Below are positions 1 through 12,633 of a DNA stretch of 62,551 bases, piece after piece. Source of the DNA: Octopus bimaculoides (Eukaryota); contig NC_068982.1 in assembly GCF_001194135.2 (NCBI RefSeq), positions 91,066,232 through 91,128,782 of the forward strand, given 5' to 3'. Below the pieces are notes generated by a model. It was not told the origin of the DNA, searched no databases, and worked only from the letters and a program-made list of their open reading frames with translations. The first letter of the stretch is position 1. Each line of letters starts with the position of its first letter. The position numbers were made by a program, and so were the translations under genes.

Positions 1-90
1 TTTTTTTCATTTTCCCGAGCGTCAAACTAATACACTTGCTTGTTCATACACCTGTCTTCGTCTTCCGTTTTACTATAAATTTCAGCTATA
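1..90 (+). mobile_element. Tail of a Penelope-type terminal repeat
   Basis: TTCCCGAGCGTCAAACTAATACAC...CACCTGTCTTCGTC matches 53990-54050 and the reverse complement of 45395-45450. Confidence 0.55.
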
Positions 91-109
91 GATAGATAGA
101 TAGATAAAT

Positions 110-990
110 AAATGGTGCGGTGAATATATTGTCGTCTAAATTATGCAAAAATTAAAATAACACTGATATCTCATTTTAACAGATATGTTTGCCAAAATTA
201 CATGAAAATATCTTGAAATACCAAAGAGTAAATTTAGTCAATAAAATTGCTATTGGCATCAACGACGGCATCCAGACGACTTCAGAATCTCCTGAAACTC
301 CTCTGGACACTCTCCTTGTTTAAGTTGGTGAATGCTACCATAATCCTTGCTTTCAGTTCATCTTTAGTGTAAGGAGTCTTGTTGGTCTCTCGTTCAACTA
401 CGCGCCACACATAATAATCAAGGAGGTTGCAGTCTGGGGAGTGAGGTAGCCAGATGTTTGGAGTGATGTGGTCGCAGAAATTGTCTGACAGCCATGACTG
501 GGTTCTCCTGTTCGTGTGGCAGAGTCTTGTTGCCAGACATAGTATCTTCCAGCAGCCACCCTCTTGACCTAGAGCAGCACTACCTTCTCCAGGTACTTGA
601 TGTAGTCCACCGTATTGAGTGTGGCCGTGTGGGAAGATGAATCGAGGCATCATGTCGCCATCACTAGTGATCACTCCAAACACCATGATGTTGACTAGAT
701 GTTTGATTTTTATCACTCTCGATACATGTTTTGGGGAAACGGCAAGCTAATGGCTGTTCTGTGTGTGCTTACCATCTCTTTGTATTGGAGCTTCCGGTGT
801 GAATGCCAAACAGTACAGTATGTTGTTTCCAAATTTCTGGCAGAGTGAATTGCGACATGGGGCTATTTTTCTCACATACAGTGCCCTATTGACCCTACTG
901 TACTGTGTAGTCGATAAAATCAAAAACAAACAAGCGCATGCGCGAAATTAAAAATATAAAATAGTGACAATTTACCCATTGCACCCTGTA
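110..990 (-). mobile_element. Internally deleted Tc1-like DNA transposon with degenerate TIRs
   Basis: ORF 282-716 gives MVFGVITSDGDMMPRFIFP...ITPNIWLPHSPDCNLLDYYVW...ELKARI, the Tc1 DDE C-terminus (consensus WPPNSPDLNP). Imperfect TIRs at 110-133 and 966-989 (17/24); the right end is GCACCCTG+TA. Confidence 0.85.
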
Positions 991-1239
991 TCATATCCAT
1001 ACAGCCATCGACAAGATCGACCGGTAGAAATCACCGGCCTGCCTCTTGACTCAAAGAACTCATAGAGTCACGTTTTCAGCTTCACGTGGTTGTTGAACGA
1101 AATATTTCGTACACTTGTGGAGAGCAACCGAAAAAGGTGATAGACTGAAGGCGTTATATCCGGGAAATACATCGGGTGCAGAATTTCCAACCGAGCTCTT
1201 GAATAGCCGTTTTGGTCAGGTTAGCGAAGTGATAGAGAA

Positions 1240-1600
1240 GCACTGGAGTTTGTCTCTTTCGTTCAGAGCGTATGACACCCATGCACCGAGTTTTTGAATC
1301 TTACCCATAAAGTGAAGGTGATGGACGATGTGTCATAAGTGCATTCCATCTGCTGGGCCATTTTCCTAGTGAATTAGCGTGGATCCTCGTGGATGAACTT
1401 GTTCAATCTATTTCCATAGAACTTAAATGATCGATCTGAACGCAGAGAGTTTGTAAGGTCGAATTTTTCCTTCTTGAATCATGAAAGCCATTTCTGCACA
1501 GTTCTTGCACTAATGGCGTTTTCCGTACACAGCACAAATGCCTTGAGCGGTTAAGCAGCTTTGGAAACTTGACTGAAAGGGAAGGCAAACAGATGTCAAA
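1240..1600 (-). mobile_element. Mariner transposase N-terminal relic (HTH to WVPHEL-like motif)
   Basis: The reverse strand around 1265-1310 reads GKIQKLGAWVSYALNE, resembling mariner KKLDKWVPHEL; upstream frameshifted pieces resemble the mariner HTH. Confidence 0.65.
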
Positions 1601-2744
1601 AATGCACACTTTTCTTTTATCTTTTTTTTTTCTTTTTCTCTCTGGCACTCTATCATCATATATCTGAAAAGAGCTAAAACTTATTCAAATTTCTTACGCA
1701 TATGTATTTGTTTAGCAAGATTCCTGATGCAAAATCGTGTGTTAAAACAAATATTGTTATATTTGGTGATGATCATATTTTTGTCAATTAACCACACGCA
1801 CTATATATTTGGCTTTCACTTCAGCTTTACTATTATTCTTACTTTTGTGTCCTTTGCTTAAAATCTTTCGTCAGACATCTTGTGACCTCTTCAACGACTC
1901 TCCATCCCACGTGGCTCCTCCTGTTCAGAACAGGAAGAGAGTCGCTGAAGAGATCAAAGGATGTGTGACGAAAGATTTTAAAGAACACTAAAATAAGAAT
2001 AATGATAAAGCTGAAGTGAAGACCAAATATATAGTGTGATTAATTGGCAAAAATATGACTATTCCTAAATATAAGAATATTCAAATTTCAATAACGATAA
2101 ACAAAAGTTGTAGATGAAAAACCGAGTTACAAAAACACATAAAACAAGGATAAAAATATTTCTCATGTTAATTTAGATAACGCTGGGAATAAATGAACAC
2201 ATTTATCTGACACTCCAATATAAGACATTTGCTAAAGGTACCACGCAGTGGAACTGGTCCTTCGGTTTTGATTTTAAATATTCATTCCCTAACAACAGTC
2301 TACGAACTGACATATTGTCTCCAACTTCATTCTATAGTTATGTATCGTACGTAGATTCTAAGAGAATAATATTATAGATATGATTTTGTGGTTGTTTTGT
2401 GACATTCGGGTAAAAGTAGGCACAAACAAAAGAAACGTAAATTCGTAATAGGTATTAGGCTAAGCACAATGAGAGATAGAAAGAAGAAAGGGAGAGAGAG
2501 AGGGAGAGAACAAGGTAGTAAGGAAGTCTCAAGTGAACGAGTAATAGATGAAGAAGAGTAAAATATGTATTATTTAACTGTAGACTGTAAATGATTACTT
2601 CGAGTAGTCTGCACTACTATAAAATTATATACGCATCTATGTATAGGTATATAAACACATACATACATACATACATACAAACATATATACATACATGCAT
2701 GCATACATACATACATACATACATACATACATACATACCTCTCT

Positions 2745-3240
2745 CTTCTGTCCCTACGTAACCGGTGTTCAGCCAAGCCTAACCTTTCTTTCTTGGTTCG
2801 GCTGCTGTCCGTGCAACATCTATATTCTTCCCTGTGCCTGTGAAATCATGTACCCCTCCCATAAGGCTTTACTTTCACACACGCCAGTCTAATTTAATAC
2901 GTCCTTAGTCGAAAGACACCTGTTGTTATATCCTATTATTTGAATTTGTGTAACATTTTCAGATTTTTTCTGTCCTTGTTTTCGTATACATTCGCTGCTT
3001 TCTTCCAAGGAGTCTAATTCTCTTAGCTTAGTTTTTCCTTGGGGCTGGCCAGATTAGAGCAATCTCGAGTATAACCAGCCGAAATTGCAAAGATAATCTG
3101 GAACTCAACTGAGGAAAGAAAGCTCCGAATGACCCGTCCTCGTTTTTTTTTGTATCGTCTATCTGGATGTTTTGTTGTCCCCTTTTTTGTATCACCTAAC
3201 TGTCTGGATGTTTTGCGTTCTTGTCTCATTTTGTATTTTA
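2745..3240. mobile_element. Probable Penelope-type terminal repeat relic
   Basis: Non-coding. CTGAGGA...CCGAA motif near 3109-3128 followed by a duplicated TCTGGATGTTTTG, a layout similar to the other terminal-repeat relics here. Confidence 0.3.
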
Positions 3241-4025
3241 TACATCTATCTATCTATATATATATATATATATATNNNNNNNNNNNNNNNNNNNNNNNNN
3301 NNNNNNNNNNNNNNNNNNNNNNNNNNNNNNNNNNNNNNNNNNNNNNNNNNNNNNNNNNNNNNNNNNNNNNNNNNNNNNNNNNNNNNNNNNNNNNNNNNNN
3401 NNNNNNNNNNNNNNNNNNNNNNNNNNNNNNNNNNNNNNNNNNNNNNNNNNNNNNNNNNNNNNNNNNNNNNNNNNNNNNNNNNNNNNNNNNNNNNNNNNNN
3501 NNNNNNNNNNNNNNNNNNNNNNNNNNNNNNNNNNNNNNNNNNNNNNNNNNNNNNNNNNNNNNNNNNNNNNNNNNNNNNNNNNNNNNNNNNNNNNNNNNNN
3601 NNNNNNNNNNNNNNNNNNNNNNNNNNNNNNNNNNNNNNNNNNNNNNNNNNNNNNNNNNNNNNNNNNNNNNNNNNNNNNNNNNNNNNNNNNNNNNNNNNNN
3701 NNNNNNNNNNNNNNNNNNNNNNNNNNNNNNNNNNNNNNNNNNNNNNNNNNNNNNNNNNNNNNNNNNNNNNNNNNNNNNNNNNNNNNNNNNNNNNNNNNNN
3801 NNNNNNNNNNNNNNNNNNNNNNNNNNNNNNNNNNNNNNNNNNNNNNNNNNNNNNNNNNNNNNNNNNNNNNNNNNNNNNNNNNNNNNNNNNNNNNNNNNNN
3901 NNNNNNNNNNNNNNNNNNNNNNNNNNNNNNNNNNNNNNNNNNNNNNNNNNNNNNNNNNNNNNNNNNNNNNNNNNNNNNNNNNNNNNNNNNNNNNNNNNNN
4001 NNNNNNNNNNNNNNNNNNNNNNNNN

Positions 4026-4101
<76 letters not shown>

Positions 4102-4128
4102 CATAATAATAATAATAACAACAACAAT

Positions 4129-4687
4129 AAATGCCCGGATGCAGTACCAGGCAATGTCTCTCATGGCTTCTGATCTTAATTGATTGGAAGTATTATCATG
4201 TACATTGTTTTGCCTTGGTATAAAAAGATGGGCTACAGCAAATATTCTTCTCAATACCACAGATTTGCTTGTCAGTTGTTTGACCTTATCCAGTTGAGCA
4301 TGTCCCTTGGTGGCTGACAATATGTGCATCTCTGATCATGATCAGAAGTAGTGAGGGAGCATCATAGCCATGTGTTGAGAAGAATTCTTTGGTGTTTGAA
4401 TAATTTACCTTTGGAAACATGAGTGTTTTGCTCAACATCCTTAAACGAACCTTATTCAGGGACCTTCGAGCGCGATGGGCTACTCGACCTGAAGAAAATT
4501 CTAACTGGGCCCCCACCTGCGAGGTCATGCGCTATTTAGTTTGATATGAAATCACCATACCGCGCACATACGGTTGTGATGCATGTGCCTGGGGTACCCT
4601 TATCAGACGGGTAGTCATGATGGGTATAATGGGCTTCGTTTATTTTACCCCAGTGTCACGTTGATGGTATGCACTGCTCTCTCACTC
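4129..4687 (+). mobile_element. About 560-bp non-coding element embedded in a (TAA)n array
   Basis: Complex sequence bounded by (TAA)n at 4026-4128 and 4688-4755; no credible ORF. Confidence 0.55.
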
Positions 4688-4756
<69 letters not shown>

Positions 4757-5060
4757 GTGGCCAGGAATGGCTCACTTTATGTTCGTTTTTTAATGTCGCG
4801 GGGGCATTCATATGAAAGAACTCACAGGGTGAAATGTGATGAATATTTTCAAAAATAGTTGATTTGCAGTAAGTCCGGCTGATGAGCTTCAAGTATTTTC
4901 ATACAAACAAGTGAAATCAATTGATACCGGAATATCGTTATCTGAAAGAAAAGTATTTAGGAAATTTTAATGAAACCTAACCTACACACATACATACATA
5001 CATACATACATAATTCGTAGCTAGGTATGTATGTAGCTAACTAGCTAGACAGACAGACAA

Positions 5061-5103
<43 letters not shown>

Positions 5104-5116
5104 CATAGATATATAA

Positions 5117-5170
<54 letters not shown>

Positions 5171-5203
5171 GGATGGATGGATGGATGGATGGATGGATGG
5201 ATG

Positions 5204-5265
<62 letters not shown>

Positions 5266-6529
5266 CGTGATGTTCCCGCGATTTTTTCCAACCCAGAAGT
5301 GAAGGGAGTTAATAGATTGTTTGATGGTTTGTTGATATTAAAAACATCTCTGGTCACGAAAGGTCAGCACAGCTGACCCTATCGATCTAGTGCGTGTGAT
5401 AAATAAATATTTAGATTTCAATTATTTACTTAGAGGAAGTACTTCACTGTTTTCTTGTTGCTCATGTAATTATTGCTGCTGTTGGTATTATAGTTACTAA
5501 TATTTAGTCCCAGTATAACACGTGATCGAACAAGCCTATAACTATAATCAAAGGCCTTCCAACCGTGACCATTCCGCCTTTTTAGTGGTATCTGAGACAA
5601 CAATACCCAATGTGTCCTTCCTTATTAAAGACAGTAGGGTATGTGATTTGAGAACTGGCTGCTATTCCAGCCTGGTCGTGCGACCACATATTGGCTCTCT
5701 TATTGTAGTTTTTGTGGTGGGTTGGTTGAGATAGTAGTAAAGTTAGTTTTTGTGATGTCGGTGTTAGCGGTGGCGGTGGCTACGATCGAGGTGGTAATGG
5801 CGCATGTGGCGCTAGTATTTGTAGTAGCTATGGTGATTGTTGTGGTAATTGTTGTGATAGTGATTGTGGTTGTGGTGGTCGTAGTGGTAGTGGTAGTTCT
5901 GGTGATGATGTTAGGGTTGCTGTTGTTTATACTGATCGTATTAGTGCTGTTCTTATTTTTCATGGTAGAAGGGGTTGTTGTTGTTGTTTAGTTGTTGTTG
6001 CTGAGTTGTTGTTGTTGTTGGTGGTGGTGGTGGTGGTGGTGGTGTTGGTGGTGGTGGTAGTGGNNNNNNNNNNNNNNNNNNNNNNNNNNNNNNNNNNNNN
6101 NNNNNNNNNNNNNNNNNNNNNNNNNNNNNNNNNNNNNNNNNNNNNNNNNNNNNNNNNNNNNNNNNNNNNNNNNNNNNNNNNNNNNNNNNNNNNNNNNNNN
6201 NNNNNNNNNNNNNNNNNNNNNNNNNNNNNNNNNNNNNNNNNNNNNNNNNNNNNNNNNNNNNNNNNNNNNNNNNNNNNNNNNNNNNNNNNNNNNNNNNNNN
6301 NNNNNNNNNNNNNNNNNNNNNNNNNNNNNNNNNNNNNNNNNNNNNNNNNNNNNNNNNNNNNNNNNNNNNNNNNNNNNNNNNNNNNNNNNNNNNNNNNNNN
6401 NNNNNNNNNNNNNNNNNNNNNNNNNNNNNNNNNNNNNNNNNNNNNNNNNNNNNNNNNNNNNNNNNNNNNNNNNNNNNNNNNNNNNNNNNNNNNNNNNNNN
6501 NNNNNNNNNNNNNNNNNNNNNNNNNNNNN

Positions 6530-7045
6530 TGTCGCCTACATTGAGGTCTTGGAAATAATTAAGCCCTGGATAGACAGTGTACGCAATGGAAGGCCATATG
6601 TGTTTCAGTAAGACTCTGCACTATCACACATGGCTCTAGTAACACAGGAATGGATGGCTGAAAATTTTCATAATCACATAACCCCTAACATTTGGCCTCC
6701 TAATTCCCCAGATCTCACTCCATTGGACTATTACATGTGGAGCGTTGTTGAGAGAGAGAGGTCAATGAACACGCCCATAACACCAAAGATTATTTAAAAG
6801 CTGCCATAGTCAGAATAATGTCCAAAATGAACCAGGACCACTTTATTCGAGCATGTAGATGATTTAGTTCTCATATAGAAGTAGTTATTGAAGCTGAAAG
6901 TGGCTTTGTTGACTAACATTATAGAAAAGGTTTATTTCTATCCTCATAGCATTTCTTAATAAACTAAGTTATTATCTGTTATTATATATCTGTTTTTTAT
7001 AAACATAAATCTGTCCTCAAATATCTTACGCACCCTTTTTATACG
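6530..7045 (+). mobile_element. Tc1-like transposase C-terminal fragment and 3' end
   Basis: Reads PWIDSVRNGRPYVFQ*DSALSH...HITPNIWPPNSPDLTPLDYYMWSVVERE, with a stop and a frameshift. Ends with TTACGCACCC, resembling the TIR at 981-988. Confidence 0.85.
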
Positions 7046-8051
7046 GTGGTCTTTCTCACAGTTTCCGTCTACCAAATACATTCAGAAAGCATTATTCGAC
7101 CCAAGATGGCGCACACTAGGCCTGAATTTGAAACCGCCTGATTGTAAAGTGAGCTTCTCAACCATAGAGCTATGTGTGCGCATTCTATCTCACACCATTT
7201 CGTATGTCTAGCATGCAAGTGGTTCTGTTTAAAATCTAATATTATGAAAAACATAATCCACATCAAAATGGGTCAGAAAACAGTGATGTAATCCCCATTA
7301 CGTTATTTTGAAACCGTATATATCTGTCAATATCTACATAGGATATGTGAAACTGCAAAATAGTCATGTATTAAATTTGAAAATCAAAGTATTATGCAAT
7401 CGTAAATTAACTCAACTTACAAGAAATCAAGAGCTTCATCTGGCATCACATCAAAAGATGTTTTGCATATTCGTAGCTGTCAGTTGATGGTTTTGCAAAT
7501 TTGCAAATCATGAAACCTCTTTTGAAAAAGTTCCAAAAGACTGAAATACTTTGTAGCATATACACCATTAAGGTACGAGTATCCAGTTGACAGATTTCCA
7601 AATCTTTCTTGATTAAAGCAATAGTCTTTTGGGGATTCTACCATAAATGGCCACCACCTATAACTACGTTACTAAAATTTTCATATCTTGAATTGAAATC
7701 GCTTATTGCTGATTAGACCTCTACGTATAAACATTTTGTAGCAAGCAAATAATTCCCGTATCGTAAATTTTGCTGTTCTCCCACGTGTAAATATAGCCAA
7801 AAACGTGTGGTCTTGGGCTAACGATCGTGAGATCTTTGATTCGATTCCTGGATAAGGTGATTAGTCGTGTCCTTGAGCAAAGCTTTTCATTTCGTGTTAT
7901 TTCAATCTATTCAACTAAAATGACTACCAACTTAATGCTTGTGTAGCCATCTTTCTCCTCCAATTGTCACATACTGTATGTTGAAATGTTTTTCAAGAGT
8001 GGGAGGGCCGAGAAAGTGTCTCTACATAATCACATAATCACTTAAAATAGT

Positions 8052-8268
8052 TAGCAACGTGGCAAAATTGTTAGCGCACTGGACAAAATGTGCTCTGTCT
8101 CTCTTTACGTTCTTAGTTCAAATTCTTCGGAGGTCAACTTTGTCTTACATCCTTTCGGGATTGATAAAATAAGTACCGGTTGAGTACTGGCGTCGATGTG
8201 ATCGACTATCCGCCCCTCCCCCACAAGAATTTCAAGCTTTGTGCTTGTAGTAGAAATTGGCACCATCA

Positions 8269-8299
<31 letters not shown>

Positions 8300-8830
8300 C
8301 ATTATTATTATTAAGGCAGCGAGCAGACAGAATCGTTAGCACGCCGGGCAAAATGCTTAGCGGTGTTTCGTCCGTCTTTACGTTCTGAGTTCAAATTCCA
8401 CCGAGGTCGACTTTGCCTTTCATCGTTTGGAGTCGATAAATTAAGTACCAAATGAAACACTGGGATCGATGCGATCGATTGTTCCCCTCCACACAAAAAT
8501 CCAGGCTTTGTGCCTATAGTAGAAAGGATTGTCATTATTATTACGGCGTCGAGTTGGTAGAATCGTTAGCATGCCGGGCAAAATGCTTAGCGGTATTTCG
8601 TTTGCCGTTACGTTCTGAGTTCAAATTCCGCCGAGGTAGACTTTGCTTTCCATCCTTTCGAGGTCGGTAAATTAAGAACCAGTTGCGTACTGGGGTCGAT
8701 CTAATCGACTGGCCCCCTCCCCAACATTTTCGGCATTGTGCCTAGAGTAGAAAAGAATCGTTAGCACGCCGGCGGCGAAATGTTTAACGATATTTTGCTC
8801 AAAAAATAGCTGGCATAGTGCCAAAATTAG
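8052..8830 (+). mobile_element. Tandem cluster of three tRNA-headed SINEs (family A) plus a partial fourth
   Basis: Copies at about 8052-8258, 8314-8528 and 8544-8760 share GAATCGTTAGC...GTTCTGAGTTCAAATTCC.CCGAGGTCGACTTTGCCTTTCATC...TTGTGCCT..AGTAGAAA, separated by (TTA)n tails. Confidence 0.85.
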
Positions 8831-8962
8831 AAATTGGCATTGAGTCGTTAGTGTCGACTTGCCTATCTGCGCTCAATATTGCTGGCCTTGTGCCTAAATT
8901 ATCTTATGCATAAATTATTAAGAGCGCCAAACAAGATAAACCCTTAGATCGTTGAAAAACAT

Positions 8963-9549
8963 GGATGTTTTTTAAAACGGGGGCCACATTTTTCATTAAC
9001 GAAACACTTTGAAACTTGGAACACTGGTAGAATGTGTCATATAAAACATCTTTTTCTCTTAGTCTTCTTTAAAAAAAAAGAAATCCATAAATTATTCCAT
9101 GTTAAAGTTGTCGTATTTCTGTAATTTCAACCAATCACTGACGTCCATTCAGCCGATATACATTAAGTGCCGACTACATAAACAAACGATTCTGAAACAA
9201 TTAACCCTAACCCTAACCCTAACCCTAGGGTTAGGGTTAGGGTTAGGGTTAGGGTTAAAGCAAATTTAAAATGAAAAAAGCAAATAAAACGAAGGTATGG
9301 AGATTAAATAAGCTTTACATCGCTTAATCAGCCAAAGGAGTAAATCTAAACAACTGAATACTTGTCAGTGATTGGTTGAAATTATTGAAATAGGACAATT
9401 TTTTACATGAAATAAATTCGAATACAAAAATATTTTTCTGTTCTATAACACAAAATAGATAAGTATACGAAGTTTGAAAGTCTTTCGGTACCAAAAACAC
9501 TACGTAAAACATTAATGAAAAATGTGGTCCCCGTTTTAAAAAAAGATCC
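8963..9549. mobile_element. Foldback/MITE-like DNA element with 8-bp TSD, about 37-bp GG-terminal TIRs and a telomeric palindrome core
   Basis: TSD AAAAACAT at 8955-8962 and 9550-9557. TIR cores 8968-8999 and 9512-9543 match 31/32. Perfect 21-bp inner inverted repeat at 9122-9142/9364-9384. (AACCCT)4(AGGGTT)5 at 9203-9256. Confidence 0.85.
9201..9258. repeat. Interstitial telomeric-repeat palindrome
   Basis: TT(AACCCT)4(AGGGTT)5AA read directly; dyad at CCCT|AGGG, 9226/9227. Confidence 0.95.
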
Positions 9550-9559
9550 AAAAACATTG

Positions 9560-9740
9560 CTCTGTAGTATTTCTTGCGGCTCTCTACGTTCTGAGTTCAA
9601 ATTTCGCCGAGGTCACCTTTGCCTTTCATCATGCATGGGTCTGTAAAATAAACTAGCAGTCAAGTATTGGGATCATGGCATCGACTAACTTCCTCTTCCC
9701 CTAGAAATTGTTGGCTATGTACTTAAATCAGAAACCGCTG
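9560..9740 (+). mobile_element. SINE family A, 5'-truncated and diverged
   Basis: ACGTTCTGAGTTCAAATTTCGCCGAGGTCACCTTTGCCTTTCATC core. Confidence 0.75.
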
Positions 9741-10345
9741 CTGCTGCTACTTTCGTTGTTATTGATGTTGCTTAGTATTAGTAGGAGGAAGAAAACGCCT
9801 ACGGCCTTTTGAAGGCTGTTCCCAGCCTGTTGAGACCAGTCAGGCGATTGATACTCAATTTGAACTACTTGTTGCGTTTCGGCTAGACACAAGCACACGC
9901 CCTATATTTAGCATTCCGAAAGCTTGTCACCAAGGCTGCATCTATTTACGAACATCGTACAGACATTTCTTGAAGCACATCACTACTATTGTTCTGCTAA
10001 CGCGATTGTTCCTTCTTATTAACCTATTCAACCGAAAACAATACGTCTGTGTTCTGTGACACTTAGTCTTCGTTAGTGGGGCATGAGGAAAATCACATCT
10101 CATTCACTACAATTGAACTCTGTTGGTCGTCGCATTTCTTGTTTGCTTTCTTTTTCTCGTTAAATGAGTTAAAGATTTACGGGTTTAAAGGTTTGATGGT
10201 TTGGTAGTTTAAAGTTTTATTAATTTAAAGGTATAATGGTTTACTGTGTTTCGTGGTTTGAAGATGTACAGTCTTCAATGGTTTGATGATTTAAATTTAA
10301 TAGTTTTATGTTGTAATGGCGTGACAAAATTTTATGTTCGGAATA

Positions 10346-10435
<90 letters not shown>

Positions 10436-10469
10436 GCAATGCAAAAAGGAGACAGTTGTATATGTGAAA

Positions 10470-10900
10470 ATAAAATTTACTTGAGGGCCATTTTCCTTGG
10501 AAAACTGGAAAAGTTAGGGAAGCAATGGAGAAAAGTTGAGGCAACAAGATCAGCAGGACGTATTTTCCAGAGTACCAACAGTCACAGTACCAGAAATAGC
10601 GAGGGAAGTCATCTTGTCTCCGATCCTAGAAACAAATAAGCAGGTGCTCAGTCTCCCGACAATAGCAACCAGCAGTACGATCACATCGGCTTGCGATGGG
10701 CAGGAGAAGATGCAGGGAGATCAAACAGAACAACTTATCACTGAAACTTTAAGAGGTAACAAAAAATAAACAACCTTATAAACGAAAAGTGGACTCCGAG
10801 GAAATGTATTGTAAAAGTATGAGGAGACTGAACTGTCACAAAAAAATTTTGTAGTTCACAATAGTGAAATAGGAAATTGAAGTTATATATACCAAAGTAT
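10470..10900 (-). mobile_element. Degraded CR1/L2-type LINE 3' end
   Basis: The reverse strand reads LWKIRPADLVASTFLH, resembling the terminal LWNSLP motif of CR1/L2 ORF2. Confidence 0.4.
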
Positions 10901-12527
10901 CTTGCGAATTTGAAAATAAAATCTTTTCGAAAGACACCTTTAGACATACAACCGATAGAGTGCTCACCGCTTTAATAACTCTCTGTTTATGAGTATATAA
11001 AAGAAAAAGAACCCGAACATGCTGGGATATTCCTAATCCACCCTATCAATGAAACGCTAGTGAGTAACTTTCGGTGTACCAGAACATAGAACAAGAAATG
11101 ACGAAAGGGCTGAGTAGCAGTGTACCCCGGCACATCATTTGAACTCTTGCAGTTACCTGATCGATAAAATAAAGTAACAGTCAAGTATTGGGGTTAATTT
11201 AATTGACTAACACCCTTCTCCAGACATTCCTGTTTCGAAAATTAAGAGTAGACAAATCTTCAAAATTTCCACACCAAAAATAACTTAGATCAAAAGTGTT
11301 TCAAATTGGTCAGATAACTATACGCAGTCAAATAATGTTGCTATATCAAAATAATGTTTCTCACTTCATCTCAGCCTTTTGGATACAGTTTCCAGTTTGA
11401 GTGTGGTGACGTCTAGCGCTATTTCAGTCAACTGTGAAATACTTTTCGAAATTAGTTTGCGGTGGACCTATCATGAATGACCGTTATCTTCAGTGACATT
11501 ATAAGTCTTCAGCCCTTTTTAAATAATATAACGCCATCGAAAATATGCTTACCTTCTAATGTAATGCTTCTTGGTCTTCAGAAATTATGACAAGCGGAAT
11601 AATTCACCTAATTGAATAGATGATATCACATATACCAGTAAATGTTCACAAATTGTCATTTCAAAGCGATTACTGCGAAACGAAACTTTGAGCCATCGAC
11701 TTTAAAGCTAGCTTCAAAATGTAAACTTTCAAAGATGTTTGACTGTCTGACCGACTTGATTAGCACCATTTTAAAGTTAGTGATCATTTCAAATTCTTTA
11801 ATTCCTCCATGTTATATTGCATGAGATAGCAGTCAACTCGCATACAATGATATATATGCATATTTCTGACTACCCATGATAATCATCGAATGTTTTTCTA
11901 AAGCCAACACTTCTAATCAAAGAGACCAGCTCCTTTCACAGAAATTGGAATAGAATGTACCTCAAAATAATCACATAATTTTAAAGATAAATAAAAGGTA
12001 GCATATCAAACACTATCAAAGCAATATTTTCTATTCTTGTCGACCATTTCACCACAGGTTTCTTCTGCACTATATCTTGAGGATACAATTGTTATATAAA
12101 ACATTTAATACCTGGCTAGTGTATTTTAACTAATATTGTTTATGCTGTTGTAAAATGAGATATATAGCACAGAGAAATGCATTATAGCTCGCCGACAAAT
12201 AGCCCAGCAGGTCTATGAAATGAGATTAAGTTTGTGCTTGATTTATTGACGTCGTTTGTGAAACGCCCGATGTGACTCAAATTAAAATATATCAACAAAC
12301 ATTTTTCACTACATGACATGCATACTTTGCCGCCTAACCCTATTAAACAGCATCCATATTTCTCACCTTAAACACAAGTCTTAGTTCTTACTGTGCAGTC
12401 TTTTTCTGAAGTGACATTTCTGAAGTGACTGGAAGTAGAAGGAATAAATGGAAAGTGCTTTCTGGGACAGGAGAGTGTGAAAATGGTCGATATGTGCGTG
12501 TGTATGTGCGTGTGTGCGTGTGTGTGC

Positions 12528-12633
<106 letters not shown>

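Noticed and set aside
9201-9258. Chromosome end or fusion scar
   Set aside because: The array is short, its polarity is opposite to a fusion junction, and it lies inside a TIR/TSD-bounded element.
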